A DNA stretch of 64,000 bases from Xylographa opegraphella (Eukaryota), in NCBI GenBank assembly GCA_022813865.1, contig JALDZX010000020.1, positions 62,001 through 126,000 of the forward strand, in the 5' to 3' direction. Positions within the stretch are counted from its first letter, which is position 1. Each line of letters opens with the position of its first letter. Below, piece by piece: positions 24,423 through 38,346 of this stretch. Under the pieces are notes generated by a model, which did not search any database, was not told the origin of the DNA, and worked only from the letters and a program-made list of their open reading frames with translations. The translations under genes and the position numbers were made by a program.

Positions 24423-27400
24423 TTCGTTCTGAAGTTGATGAGTGTTCAAGCCGGATGGGCCTGATGGTGGTGCAGAGTCAGCACGATATCCGTTACGCTC
24501 ACAGGGCAAGCTGGTCGAGGGAATTGAGCTGGCGGGCCGGATCATATATCACTGGAGTGCCGTTACTGGTCGGTAGCAGTCTATCCCTGAACAGATAAAA
24601 TCGTTTCCTTTCGAAGCGGACTCGAGCGCGCGCGAAAGGCCAAGGCCTACTCGAGATGGGTGCGAGCGTACAGTCCAAGGTCGGGTCGTGCGGGTCGTAC
24701 TCGTGAATCGTGAGAGCGTGGGAGTCGTGAGGAGGTATAGCGAGCGGACGACAGCAGTAATGGGTGCACCTGTAATGCCAACGACGATTGTTGCGTGAGG
24801 GAATGTCCTGACCTTGCGCAGCTCTTTGTCTGCCGTGGTGCAGTTCCCGGTCACTGCAAGCGAGCTATGAAAAGCTTCCGGGCGGAGGATGTGAAAGCAC
24901 CGGTGGCAAGGCAGCGGAGCATGCAACGCCCATGAGCTTCGCGATGGAATGATCGATAGAAAGCGAACGTGGTTGGGGGTTTTGGGGGGGAAAGGACTCT
25001 GGAGCAGATGGATCGAAAGCGTGTGGAAGAGAGACGAGGAGCTTGACGTTCGACAAATAATAGGTCGAGAAGGGCCAAGGCACGCTAAAATCACAATTTC
25101 TTCGTTAAATTCACTCGCGCACGAGGTTCAAAAGGGGCCGCATTCATCACGGATCACGTCTGCCTTTAATCTACGCAGTTGGCTGCCCGTCGAGTAGCGA
25201 CGGAGGTGTTGAAAGGCGTGGACTCGTGTTCACAAGCATGGACTGCATCGCATTCCACCAGAGCCCCAACGGTCCACTCAGACCGGCAAGCACGTCTCCT
25301 CCACTGCGATTGGTTGCATCCGCCTCCAGTGGGCTCGCGACCCGTGCTCGCCGCACTGCGACTCTCGCACCTGCCCGCCCTAGTGGCTTACAACGACCAC
25401 AGAGGGGCAAACCTGTAGCAGTCCCCAGCAGCCTCTTGCCTCGGTGAGTGGAAGGGCGATACTGTGCACAAGCAAGTGGGCGTATGGATGGGGGATCTTG
25501 GTGGGTTGGCTGCTCGTGTCGTGTCAGGGCTCGGGAGCAGCCGTGGCCTCGCTCCCTGGTTCAGTCTCTGGACGGAGCTCTTCCCTGTCACCAATAACCA
25601 TGATGAAGTAAATCAGTAGTGGAGGCCTCCTGAGTCGCCAGTAGTGCAGGACAGAGTGCATTTGCTACTCCTCATCGTGCTGTTGCTTGAAACCACTGGC
25701 CGTCAGAGGATGGATCACTCCTCCATGTGTGCTGCGCAGTCCGGTCGGACGGATGCCATCGCATCAGCGACAACTCCAGCCAAGGGAACGGAAGTAAGCT
25801 GTATACGGACCCCACTTGGGAAGCAACCACCACCCGATCAGCATCACCTCGCAGAAAGCCAAAAGCCGAAACATCGTGCCTCCGTTCACCAAGCATCGTG
25901 TCCGTAGACTAAGGTAGGTAGATACTGCTCGTGTCCTGCCCAATCGTCGCACTCTCCCATCGTGACAGTCCTCGGACCCTCCCCCAGAGTCCAGAGTCTC
26001 GCCTTTCTGTTCTGGATCGTCGACGTAGACGAGACTTACCGATCCATCTACATATCCCAGCACGATGCTAGCCGCTCCTCGACTTGGGCCATCCTCGACG
26101 AACGACTGGTCCATCTCTGTGTTCCGTCAACACCGCATCCGTCCAAGACGTTCCCGGTGTGCAGCATCGTGCATGGGCCCTCCGACGCCATCAGCGGCTT
26201 CGCTGGATCCTTTTCAGTCATGTGATCTGAGGGGGGTGCGGCCATCCGCAGTCTGTACTTCCCGACCGCTCTTCGCTGTGACTGCAGTGTGCCGCACGAG
26301 CAGAACACTCCGCCATCTAACGGCTGTCCGCGTCCTCACGGCCATCGTGTGTATTACAGATGTCCCATGCCGCGAACCATGCGCAGCATGCCTCCGCCCC
26401 CAAAAAGTCATCAAGCAAGTTGAGGGCCCGGTCCTCGTCATGGCAGAACGCCGTGGAACGAGCACAACGGTGTTTCACAACGCCCAGGAGGTAGTACAAG
26501 ATGCAGCGTTCGTCTGAAGTATGGACTTTAGCAGAAAATCGATCCGTGATTCATCGTCTCTGTCTTGATTTTCGACCCGTCTTTTCGATGCGGCGTGCAT
26601 TTCCAAGAGCTTCTTAGACATCCCAGTGATGTTTCTGTTTTTGGCTGACCGCGAGCTGGCTTCTTTCTAAAGTTAATATCACAAAGGATATGCTTGATGG
26701 CAGGCAATGCAGAGTATCTGGGCTGGACATGTCGGAGCAGACGGTCCGAGTGTGCGATATCACGTCGTCCTTTTTATGATCAGCACCAAAGCAGTTCATG
26801 AGTGTTCGTCTTGCAAGTCCAAGGCGGAATCTCCACCACCGACATGAGTGCTCTATATCGGGATCTGCCCTTTTTTTGTTTCTTTCTCGTCTCGTTGATC
26901 GACATCGGAAGCTTCTCCCAGTCGCCAGCCTACCTATACCTGCTCTCCAGGCACAACCAAGCGCCCTGTTCCACTTGTCTCATTTTGACAGAGGACCTCC
27001 GAAGCCACCAGTACAGCGCATCTGATACTTTCATGATCGAATCGAAAAGCCAGTTTCTCGCAAGGGAAATCGCATGAAAACAGAACTTTCTGCCGACCTG
27101 TTATGCCGTCATCAGCATCGTCCAAAACATGATTCCTCCTTCCAAAACCCAGAGCCCCAGCGTCCCTTCTCGCGACCTCCTTCACCATCCCTCCTTCCCA
27201 CCCTTGCATGTCTCCCACATCCTCCACCACCTCCCACCTTCCCATGCCCACACCCAGCCTCTCACTATGCGCACTACACCTTCCAGCCCTCCCGTCCACC
27301 GCAAGCTTCCTCGCATCGATTCTCGAACCCAATTCCCTCCAGCCGCACTTCCCTCCCAAAAGCACGCCCGTCACCAACAAACGCAATCACCCCACGCTCC

Positions 27401-28580
27401 TCAACCCAAACGATGTTTCTTCCACTCCGAGATGGAAATCCACACCATCGAGCCCAGCCATCGACCCACGAAACAAGGCCCTATCCCATCCATACATCCC
27501 GAACCCCCGAACGCCACAGAACACAAACGAACGCACCAACAAACCCATAGCCCGACCTCCAACAACGCAAAAAGCGAGTGTATACCGACGAAGTCACAAA
27601 CCCACTATACACGACTACCGTTTCCTAAGCATAGTTCGCTGCAGTATCGGTACGGACCACCTGTCGGGAGTCACACGAACCGTACAGACACAGCATGCGT
27701 AGCTTGGGGAAAAAGACAGGACCGCTCACAGAGCTGAGGAACTCACGTGTTCCAGATGGAGAATGCTGGCATCCCATCCGACAGCGCTGCACGGCTGGTG
27801 AGGGAAGTACTGTATACGCAAAGGCCCAGGCTGAGGCGAGGCAGGAGTATATCCATCCAGTACAGCCCAACAGGATAGCCGAGATCGACCACCACGCCGG
27901 CGAATAATGACAGGCGGAAACAACCAGAATACGAACGTGAACCACAGACTACTCTACAGCAGCGATGGAACCGCAGCACCGAAGCAGACCCCTCCAACAA
28001 AAAATCCATCGGGGTGCAAAAACTGCCAGGGCGGGATCGGTACACCTCCCTGTATAAATCAGCACGCCCGCTGCATTGAGCCATGCGCATCCTCAAGCCC
28101 CTGGCTTGGACTACCTTACCTCCCCGGAATGATCGAGGAGCAAAAAAAAGGTAGCTTGGCCAGCTATCGCTACCAGCTCCGTGGTGCTTCCTCCGCACAA
28201 AAAGCCACCATGCGTGTCCTCTACGACGATGGGTTCAATTGATCTCCCAGCCAAAAAGACTCGGGTACAAGGACGCAATGTTTTTCGTCAATGGCTACGT
28301 CCTCTACGGAGAAAAAGCCAAGCCTCGACCGCGAACCGCGAAGCGCGCGTGCCAAGCCTCCACGCAGCACGGGGGGAACAAAGAAGCCACCCCACCCCGC
28401 GACGTCCCCACCCTTTTACACAAAACCCTGCCCGACAATTACAAAGACATATCCAGCCCAGAAAAGATCCTCCGACAATATCGCTGCGTTACCGAGCATG
28501 GCTGGTTCGTTATGTTCATCAGAGCTTTTCCCCCTCCACCTATCCACAACACATCCCCGACGCATATCCACCCAGTGCCC

Positions 28581-30963
28581 CTAGTCCCTGCGCCTCCGCT
28601 TCCGAGGGCTTCGCCGTTCCTCCGGCCCATTACCATCGTCGACCGTGTTGGCCGGGCTCGTGCCCTCACTGCTATCGACCGCTTCAACCCTTCCGCCCTC
28701 CTCGTCCTCCGCGTCCAAGCCGAAGCCGTTCACGGTACCGTTGCTCAGTGGCGCGTCGAAATCGAAATCGGCCCCTCCTCCGAAGTCGACAGCATCGCTT
28801 CCGAAATTGAGGTCCGGCGCTGCGGTCGGCTCGTTGAAGTAGTCCCCGCTGTTGAACATCTGATCGAAGTCTAGCGTATCTGCCGGGCCGGCGCTGGGAC
28901 CCATATACCCTTGTGGATCGTGAAGCCCAGGTATGGTCCCAGATGGGCTGAGAGGCCGCAGCATAGTGGAGATCTTGGCGACTTTGGAGTCTTGCTCTTT
29001 GAGAGTTTTCTCGAGAAATTCAAGCTGGTCTTTGGTCTCTTTCCAACGATCCATATCTGGCACCGGCATCTCTGGTGGATTAGGAGACGTAAGCGCGTTA
29101 TTGGTATCGGTGACAAGACCGTTGGCGCTTGCTTTCGCAGTGTCATTTGCCATGAGTTGCAATACATTGTTGCGTTGATTTGTGGTTAGCGGAGTGTTCC
29201 CGTTCCCTGTCTGAAGGTGGGAAAGCACTGCTGGAAAGTCCATATGGTTGTTGCCCAGGAAGCTTGTATCATTTGCATTAGTTGAATTGATGAAGGATAA
29301 GATATCGCTCTCCGGTATTGTGCTGGGCGTGGCGTTGGTAGTTGAGAAGCGAGGGCTTTCAGAAGACCTGGCCGAGTTACTCTTGTTATACGTGTCTTGC
29401 AGAGGGTCAAGTCTAGCAGAGGTAGAGTCCGCTGGACTGTAGCCGTTTGATGGTGCTTGTCTAGCTGAAAGTCGGCTTTGTGCTTGTTGCGCCCCTACTC
29501 CTGAAGCGGCCGGCGATGCAGCGGCAGAAGTAGATACTTCACTGATAGGTGAATTTAGAGAGGCTGGACCGAGGGCTGGACCGAGGAGGAGAGGTTGTCG
29601 TCTCACAGCACGCTGCAGTTGAACAGAAGATGGCTTGGCGCCGGAATGATTATATTCGCCAACATCGACCACACTGCCCTGCCGTTGGGCGTCTGGCGGT
29701 ATGGGCGCAGGAAAGAGGTTATGAATATTCTGGGAACCGTGACCTTCCAAGCTCCGGTTGTATACGGTGGCTAGGAATGTCAGAATCGCATTGATCGAGT
29801 TCTCGTGCCTGTTGTGTAGCTCCTGAAATGCGGCAGCCTGCCCGTAGAGATTCTCGTGCTCCTGCTTTATGTTTTGTATGACACCCGATATCAGTCGCTG
29901 TTGATGGCGAATGGCTTGAAGTTCTCTGTGGACTGCTGAAAGCTCATCTTGGGGAAGAGAACTGCCGCCTTGTCCTATCAGTAATGGCTGTCGGGTATTT
30001 CTCATTGTGGAGCCATGGTCTTCCGGTCCTTGCGGGACTGGCGTTGCGTTCTCAGCTTCGTATGGCTCATCAACATCATCCTCTAGACCACCATCCTCTT
30101 GTTTAACTTTGGCATTTCCTTTGCCCTTACCAGCCGCTGGTTTAGGCTTCTGGATGAGCCACAGCAGGTTTGGCTTATGTTGCTTGAAATAAGGATTGTA
30201 GTACTCGCTTGGGCTTTTGTTTTTCCGCTCACTTGCTCGCATTGAGTTGTCCGACAGCCCAACCTTTTTGTGGAAACCATACATATTCAACTGCCTCACA
30301 AACGAAGCATAGTTGTTGTGCTTGAAAAGCTCTGGTATCAGTGTCTTCGCAAACTCGTCTTCATCAAGGACAATAAAAGAATCTCCCCTAGATGACCACC
30401 GTATAAGGTCGGTATTTCTAGATTCGTCGAGGAAGCTAATCAGACGGGGTCAGCTGGAGTTGCGTCAGAAGTCAACGGGAGAGTGAAATCTACCTGCTTA
30501 GTTTCTGCACAAATGGAGGAATTGATTTTCGTTTCGCCTGAGCTTCCTTATTGGCTATCAACGCTCTCTGTGCAAGTGCCTCATCATCGTTGTTATTCCA
30601 ACCTTCTTCCCCAATGGTCTGTGGAAATTCATCTGCCGTTCCATTCCATGTCTCGTTACCCGCACCATTGTAGACCCCACGAGCTACCACCTGTTGGCCC
30701 AGTGGTCTTCGGGTAAGTTGGTTCGAGGCATCTGGAGCATTTGGAGAAGATATGATGGAATTGTAAAGATTTGGACTAAAGCTGCCAGAAGGGTCGGGAT
30801 AGCTTTCCACTCCAGGCAGAGAATTATTTTGATTCCAATTCAGAAATTGGTCATTCGGTATCTGTGTTGAATTTGCATTGTAGTTCATTGGGAGCTGTAT
30901 CTGGGATGGGCCGACTGGCGAAGCTCCTGGTGCAGGTCTTTTTCGTGAGCCTGGTTGAGGCAT
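28581..30963 (-). CDS. HSF1: Heat shock transcription factor (intron 30436-30493)
   Basis: IPPFVQKLS|SFLDES..LIRWS..GDSFIVLDEDEFAKTLIPELFKHNNYASFVRQLNMYGFHKK; heptad coiled coil ELQAIRHQQ..FQELHNRHENSINAILTFLA; basic C-terminus. Confidence 0.95.
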
Positions 30964-31369
30964 CACTTCTTAATGACAGAGGTCGTACTATTGTCTGCGA
31001 CAGCTCCCATGCGGTGCGCAAGCTTTTTGATATGTGTTATGCTGAAGTTCGCCGAGGCCAGCTGCACCTATCCTATTGTTCGTGAACGTGGTCCTTGGCA
31101 GTAGTCAGTGCCAATGATGAGGTAGACTTGCGACGAAGGCAAGTGGCAAAAGGTTGCGAACAGAGATTTGGTGATCCACAGGTCATATATCAGGTGTATA
31201 GAGCCTTGTATAGCTTTCGGTATGGATCGGCAACCTACACATCTGAAAGAGAAGGCTGCGGTCAATGGATGGCGTTTTCAGAGGCTTCCTGCCTGATCTA
31301 TTGTCGTAGACAAGCGATATAAGACCTTTCAGCTCTCGAAAGCGCTATTGTTGATATGCACGGCGAGTG

Positions 31370-31387
31370 TTCGGGAATATGCAGGAA
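31370..31387. promoter_or_regulatory. Heat-shock-element-like site upstream of HSF1
   Basis: TTCggGAAtaTGCagGAA: four alternating nGAAn units, one mismatch. Confidence 0.45.
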
Positions 31388-32041
31388 GGAAGGTCTTGGA
31401 CTGATAGTAGGCTGCTACCATGAAACACGCTCTGCGTAGACGGAATGGTCAGGATACATGAACGCGGATGTAATAGGCAAGGAAACCTATTGACCAAAGT
31501 TTCAATGCCTTTGTGAGTATGCGACGCAGAAGTGACGCAAGTCACGGAAAGCTCCAGTGGTAGGTATCCTGAGCTCGTTGACCACTTTATTAATTCAATG
31601 TGCTGTTGATCCTCGATTCCTATTGGCCATTTCAGCCTTATGGCAGACAGAGGCGCTAGTCCTCAATAAGCTTAGTGACAACGTCTCGGCGGATTAGTCT
31701 AGAGCACTAAGGTATTGCGGAGGATAATCCAAGAGTTGATTGCGAAGCATATTGAGTGTCTGGGGAAGATCTCTATGAGCAATACCTCCTTTGAAGCTAC
31801 CAATAAGGGACGCACAGAAATAGACGCATGAACTATCCACCTTGTGTAGTTCTCAAGCACCGCGCATCGTCATTCCAACTGTAGATGGCGGACAATTTGA
31901 ACACAGCTGCAATCTCAATCATGAACAGTGAGAGGTATTGTTGATTGGCTGCAGTACGATGTATATACAAGATTCTTTCCTTATATACAAGATTCTCTGC
32001 TGTAATCTTCCTCGGTTCTGGTAGATGTTCGGAACACAACA

Positions 32042-33640
32042 CTACCCTCTTGAGCCAGCCATCGTATCTGGTAGCCTGCCTCTGTCCCGGTCACGATCCC
32101 AGGTTTTACTGCTGGTAGCCACATTCTTGGCTGCTCTCTTGGCTCTCTGCTCATCTTTGATATCCTTGGCTTTCTCGCGCGGATCGATCACAACGAGCTC
32201 TTCCTCCATTTTCCTCTTCCACGTTAGATCTTTCCCAAGGCGGTCCTTCTCGAAGCTCAGTGCATGCGACATCCATGCTCCGTCATCGTTATCCTCGTCG
32301 TCCGCAGCCTCTTCCAATGCCTTATCCCACGATCGACATGACTGGCAGTTTGTAATGAAGTGCAAATCACACAGTTGTGCTTCATCATCGTCTTCATTTA
32401 TACCATGGCTGTTCATTGCCGGCTGGTCAATTTCAACCACTTTTGCTGATGAAGAAATAAGATTGGGGTCCTCTGAAGGAGCCTTGTCGAGCTTGGCTCG
32501 GAATGCATTCAGAATTTGTAGAGCTTGTGTATCATTAGCGTTGTCTGTATTTCGGCCTTGCTTCCGCTTCCGGCCCCGGGTTGAGTTTTCGGGGATCATT
32601 TGTTCTAAAGCGGATTTCTTCCGTGCAGATCCGGAGGGCGCAGCGGGAATACTGCGTTTCATAGACGCCTTGAGCTCAGCAATTTGTGCATTGGTTCGTT
32701 CCAGTAACGTAGAGACTTTCTCGATCTGCTCCGGCTCAGGGGAGATCGATTGGCTTCGGCTGGGTCTTTCTTCATCACGGAGAGGTAGTTGAGCCTCCGG
32801 GTGCGAATTTTGTCTGGGCGGTGGAGAGACTGCTGCTGCATGCTGTGGACGTGATACCTTTCCTTCCTTCCGTTTCAGCCTGATATTCTCCTCGTGATTG
32901 TCAGTCGCACCGTTCGTCGTCTCTGTGGCGCTGACGAGTTTCGTGTTGAACTTGGCTTTCTTCGGCACCGGGGTCTCTTCCATATCTTGTCCATCCTCGC
33001 CGCCAAAGCTCAGAAGTGTTTTTCCAACTTTCTTCTTGATCTTCTTCTTATCAAGCCCCTTGTCCTCTTTTCCAGCGGGTTTAGCTTTGGTCACCCTGGC
33101 GATCATATCATCGAAAGGATTCACTAAGACATCCGTTCCTGTAATCATTGTTGGGTACAGTGGCCTCTCATTTCCTTCTCCCTCCACTAAGTCCGCCTCC
33201 CCCATTTTCATCAGGTTATAGATCGTGTCTCCCACCACTCTCCCGAACATTGTGTTCCTTCCATTTAGCTCCTCCGTTTTCCCCAATGTAAAGAAGAATT
33301 GGCTGCCATTATCATCCTTGCGCCCCGAGTTTGCCATCCCGAGTAGGCCTCTCCTATTAAACTTGAGTCGACTGTGGAACTCATCTGCAAAGAGGCCTCC
33401 ATCGTAAATAGCCTCTCCGCCTTCACCAGTGCCCGTAGGGTCGCCACCTTGCACGATAAATCCCGGCACGAGACGGTGGAAAATTGTACCATTGTAATAA
33501 CCGTCAAGGCATAGCTGCAGAAAGTTTCGAGATGTGAATGGTGTTTGCTTTGCAAAGAGCTCAAGAAGGATATCGCCCGAAGTGGTCTGCAGGAGAACCT
33601 TGGCCGTAGGTTGTGGCTCTAGGTTGTAGAGTGCGCTCAT
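32042..33640 (-). CDS. CWC27: Spliceosomal cyclophilin-like protein Cwc27
   Basis: MSALYNLEPQPTAKVLLQT..RNFLQLCLDGYY..FHRLVPGFIVQGGDPTGTG.GGE..DEFHSRLKFNRRGLLGMAN..DNGSQFFFTL; C-terminal CDLHFI.NCQSC and W.SHALSF. Confidence 0.95.
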   Translation of the reverse strand: MSALYNLEPQPTAKVLLQTTSGDILLELFAKQTPFTSRNFLQLCLDGYYNGTIFHRLVPGFIVQGGDPTGTGEGGEAIYDGGLFADEFHSRLKFNRRGLLGMANSGRKDDNGSQFFFTLGKTEELNGRNTMFGRVVGDTIYNLMKMGEADLVEGEGNERPLYPTMITGTDVLVNPFDDMIARVTKAKPAGKEDKGLDKKKIKKKVGKTLLSFGGEDGQDMEETPVPKKAKFNTKLVSATETTNGATDNHEENIRLKRKEGKVSRPQHAAAVSPPPRQNSHPEAQLPLRDEERPSRSQSISPEPEQIEKVSTLLERTNAQIAELKASMKRSIPAAPSGSARKKSALEQMIPENSTRGRKRKQGRNTDNANDTQALQILNAFRAKLDKAPSEDPNLISSSAKVVEIDQPAMNSHGINEDDDEAQLCDLHFITNCQSCRSWDKALEEAADDEDNDDGAWMSHALSFEKDRLGKDLTWKRKMEEELVVIDPREKAKDIKDEQRAKRAAKNVATSSKTWDRDRDRGRLPDTMAGSRG

Positions 33641-36441
33641 GGCTAGAGTACAACGGAGTATACCGTTCAGATACCAGCCATTAATAATTGTTCTTCGATT
33701 TCACAAAGTGAGCTAATCCTCTGTTGACGAATTAGCCGCTTTATGCGCGATTCTGGAGTAAATAAGTCCTGTTGCCAAGAAGCCAGGGATCCGCGCCGAC
33801 CTCATCATGTCGAGACGCAACACACGCTGTGGAATGATAAACTGTCATCGTTTACCGCATCTCTATAAAATTCTAGGAGTTGGTCATCATGGAGCTAAAG
33901 CGCAAGCAGACCGAAGTTATTTGCGCATTCGCGCCAAGTTATCAGAAACCAGCTGCAATCAATATCCCCAAGTTTCAGCCAGCAATGGGAAACCTATAGA
34001 GGCAATGCTTCGACACTATACAAATCCGCACAGTCCTACTTTTCTTCCTGCTGCTTCCTGGTTGGAGCAGATCATATTCTATGCAGCTTCATTCCCCTAC
34101 TGCCATATACTTTAAGCCCACGGCCACGTCTTCCATTCTTGTTCAGCAACCCCTTTATTTCAATGCGCATGTGAGCTATAAGTTCAACCCAAGCTCTATT
34201 TTATCCGTTGTTATCCTCAACCTTTCCAAATCCAATCCCTTGCGAGACTATCAGCAGAATTCGTCCCGGTTTGTCCGCACCCGTTGACCAAATTATTGTC
34301 TTCTGTCATACACCGCCGTCATACCGCTCGACGATGCCAAGGATCCTCCACTGCCACCTCCTAGCCATCTCTTTCCCCCTCCTCAACGTTGTCTCCCTCA
34401 ACCCCGCCATGCCCCATAATCTTTTCGACACATCCCAATCGTCTTCCAACACGTAGACCTCCTTGGACTCCGCCTCGGCTTCGGTCGTTTTGGCAGGACC
34501 AGCGGAGGGGAGAAACTCAGGAAATAAAGGTTCGATAAGCAAAGGTGGCCCCTGGTAGTCCCAGTGGTTCAATCTCCACAGGCAAGAAAGACACGCACGG
34601 AATCGCCACTGACGCCGCCGCCGTTTGCAAATACACTCAATACCTCTGGCCTCGGCTCCACTGCATTCCACTATACTGTCACCACCACCGGCTAGGGTCT
34701 GTTAGTCGTGGCGGAGAAGTGTGATCTAGGTCCACTGGGTGATTTAGTGGCTTTTTGAAAGGGCCCGGCCATCAGATTGTGTGGCTGAAATCATATTGAA
34801 AATGGCGTGATACGCTCGTCATAGATCACAGCGAATCCGAATGTCAATCAGTGTATGTTAACGGCGATAGGAGTGGCTTGTATGAGAAGGTGGGTGGCGT
34901 GCACTGTCACGGCCCTGGGCTTCGAAAAGCGGTTTCCACGGGACTGAAGTTGAGGCAGTAATTCCGGAGAATGGGGTGGAGGATCTTGGTGGTATCAAGG
35001 TGGGGTCTGAGGAGAGAGCGGTGGAGGAGGTTGAGCTTCGTCAGAGCAGGTTTGGTGATTGGAATTTTAATGAGCGATGGTTGGAAGAATGGGATTTTGG
35101 GTAAATAAATATTAAAGATAGCTGCATACTTTTTGAGCAAAGATTTTTGAGATGCCATAATAAAGCATCGTCACCCCGGCAGGCTAATTGTATATCGTAT
35201 TTATTTCCACGCTACCAAAGAGCGGCTCGACGAATCGTAGACTTCAGCATCATACTATAAAGGGATGAGTATTTCTGGGCAGTGGTAAATTGACAATAAG
35301 TACAAATTCAGTAGCATTCAGTATTTGAGCAGATGTCGGCTGGCCATCAGGTGTCGCTTGTGCTTCGCAACCTGAAGTGAAAGTTGACTCCAAAGGTAAG
35401 GAGTTGCAAATTGAAATTCCGATAGTCAAAAGAGACGATTTACTGAAGAAATGGAAGGATAACATGGTAACCAGAAGAATGAAAGGATAACAGATTCATC
35501 CGGCACTGCAGGAAAGTACTTGGAGAAAGTAGGGGCCAAATATCGGGCACTTGATTCAGCTGAGGGTATCGACGAACCCGATTCTGCTATATGTCCAATC
35601 GACCATAAAACTAACAGACCGGTCTGATTTAGCAACCCCCCTCAGGTGATTACTCGTCATTCTAGGCATGGTCTTTGCTCTCCGACGCATTGCTTGCAGG
35701 ATGCGCTCACTTGAGCTACTTTCCCCAAGCTCAATGTCTCATTGACTTTGTAAGCTGAGGGTGTCATCGAGACCCTTTCTGGCTTTTATTGAGTCCGAGA
35801 TTATAAGAGTCGCTTTGTAGCCAAGAAGATAATCAACAATGTGTGAATTCCCCTTTCTGGGTAGAAGGGGTCTTCAAAAACGACCATGAATACAAGACTG
35901 CCGCAAAGGAGTAAAGTAGGCAGATACATACTTTACTAAATACCGTCGCCGAGAACATCTCTGCTTCTGCGTAGTCTGAAACGTTATAAAACTTCCTCAT
36001 GGAAGGAAACTACTTGTAAGACCCTGTAGATGTCACTTTCCACGCAATTCCCATGCGGTTCCGTGAGATCCAAAGCGATCACATCCTGTGCAAACCCAAG
36101 GTGAGGTGAGATTGCGTGGTCTAGTAAATAATCGGCTCGAGGATCAATCAGCATCAAATCGAACGATTGCTTTTATGTTTTTCTGTATGTGATGATCGGC
36201 CTTGAGACCTTGTTAGCATTTTTAAACGCACGGCCACCTGTGCCACATTCTTTATCCTAGCAAGCGAAAATTAGGTACCGGGAACGGGAGCTAGACTAAG
36301 GCTCGAGCCCGGAGGCCATGACGCACGTGTTCGTACCCCATACCTATTTGCTGGTAGTGATACTAACACCGTACAATCCAGCCCATTTCTCCCAACCTTG
36401 TTCACTTGTCTATAGCGGTCATAACGCTCAAACTCACGACA

Positions 36442-37202
36442 ATGACCGAGCTCTCGTTTACCAAGACCTTCCTTTCCACCCTCGACTCCCGGCCTATCAA
36501 GCTCCCCTCAGATCATGTCTTTGATCCGAAGACCTTTGAGCCTAAGGGCCCCGTATGTCGACCCTCCAAAACATCCAGTGATCTATCTCCCAGCAACATA
36601 TCTAACAACCCTAGTACACCCTTCCCCGCATGCCCCACCCGATGCGCCGCATCAGCAAGCCCTCCGCGCCCGGATCCGCCCCTGCTCTCACACTGTCGCT
36701 GAAATCGCTACGCAATCCTCCATTAGACATTTCCTTGTCCAATAAATCAGTCATGACGAGTGTACTGGATCTAAAGCAAGCTGTGGCGGAGAACATTGGG
36801 GTCACTGGGACGGACAAGATACGGCTGTTGTACAAGAAGAAACCATGTGCGGACTCGAAGACAATTAAAGACGTGATAGGCGACGAGGTCCTGAAGGTGG
36901 TGGAATTCAGCGTGATGGTTATGGGAGGTGTGGTTACGGCCGGTACAGCGGCCTCGGAAGCAGAAAAGTACCCAGGAAGTGCGGTGGATAGCGACACGAC
37001 GATGGAGGATATATCAAGACCTCAAGATCTGAGTGCAGCAAGGGTACTAGATGCGCAAGAGCTCAGTGGTGCTCCGCTGTTGGGAACGCAGCAATTCTGG
37101 CAAGATCTGAACACTTTCTTGATACAAAGGATAGGGGATAAGAAGGTGGCAAGCGACGCGTCGGCTGTCTTCGCCCAAGCATGGAAAGGCAGAGACAGTT
37201 AA
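36442..37202 (+). CDS. GET5: Get5/Mdy2-like ubiquitin-like protein (intron ~36553-36614)
   Basis: N-terminal MTELSFTKTFLSTLDSRPIKLPSDHV.DP..PYTLPRMP (Get4-binding type), central UBL (LKSLRNPP..SVLDLKQAV..KIRLLYKKKP), C-terminal FWQDLNTFLIQRI dimerisation-type helix. Confidence 0.8.
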
Positions 37203-37599
37203 CTGATAAAGAGTAATGGTCGACGAACAAGTACCCATGCGTGTCGTAATGACTGTATCCAAGGAGTCGGTTTGACCTCTAGATTAGGCGACCTTAACAG
37301 TACACATATGGTGATGATGTGGTTAAGAAATAGCATTTTTGTATGAAGCACATTTACTCAAACTCTCTCGTTATTTCTTATTGGCTTTTCTTATTGGTAG
37401 TATTCAAGTCCATGTAATCAATATCACAGGAACGCAATGAAATAAACGAGGCTTATCGCAGGTCACATCAAGGAATACCAGTTCTACAGTTTCTATGTAG
37501 AGCCGTCGAAAGACGCTTACCGTTCATCAACCTGCTGAATGATACCAGACTCATTCAATCAAAGCGTGATCATAACCTTAGCCCCCAAGTCTGCCATTC

Positions 37600-38346
37600 C
37601 TAGCGTCTGCCTCTTGTGATATCCTTCAATATTGTAGCATATTCAATTTCGTCATCGCGGTTCGCTTGTACCTCTGCCGCAATCCCATTGAGTGCATTCT
37701 TCAAGGACTCCTTGGATGATGCATATGTCATCCGGGGCTTTGCTGAGGTCAGCTTTCCCGCCCAAGATTCGGCAGGGCTGGCACTTACAAAGACGAGTGT
37801 ACCCTCATCTGGGGACCAGGAAATAAACGTGATCTTACTCCTGATATAGAATCAGTAATACCATCCAATGCTCCAGTAGGTGTTCTCCATTACCTCTTGC
37901 CCTCACCTGCCTCGAGCTCATAGTCAAAATCATACACAGCGTATCTCGGACCCTTCCCTTCTTTGCCCTTGTGGCTAGACTTGGCGTTCATGAGCTTGGA
38001 CTGAAATTTCTCCCAATCGCCATCTGCAGACTTTTCCTCAACGACGATCTCTTTATAGTCGTCAGACAGCTTATAGATGATGTATTTGATTGTGCCTTTT
38101 CCAAGTTTGAGCTCATTGAACGAGGATATACATTCAGGCGCAACGGAGATTCTGTATGTAATCGCCCATCAGCCTAGTCCCTAGAGATACAAAACGTAGC
38201 GTAGTTTGATTTTGCAAAGCCAGCCTGGTGAAAAGAAGGTAGGCCTAGATTCTTTGAAAGCATACCCGGATTTACTCTGTAGACAACAAGTCAGCAATTG
38301 CATGTCGCGAAGGTATAATGCAGCATAAAAACGGTGTTCGTACCAT
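37600..38346 (-). CDS. COF1: Cofilin/actin-depolymerizing factor, multi-exon (first coding exon is ATG only)
   Basis: SGISVAPECISSFNELKLGK..IKYIIYKL..GPRYAVYDFDY..RSKITFISWSPD..PRMTYASSKESLKNALNGIAAEVQAN. Confidence 0.93.

Noticed and set aside
24600..28500. Many 60-200 aa ORFs in the PIN4-HSF1 intergenic region and a possible PIN4 5'-UTR intron (24587-24812)
   Set aside because: No recognisable domains, overlapping low-complexity frames, and no clear branch site for the intron
32025..32792. 255-aa plus-strand ORF
   Set aside because: Antisense shadow of CWC27
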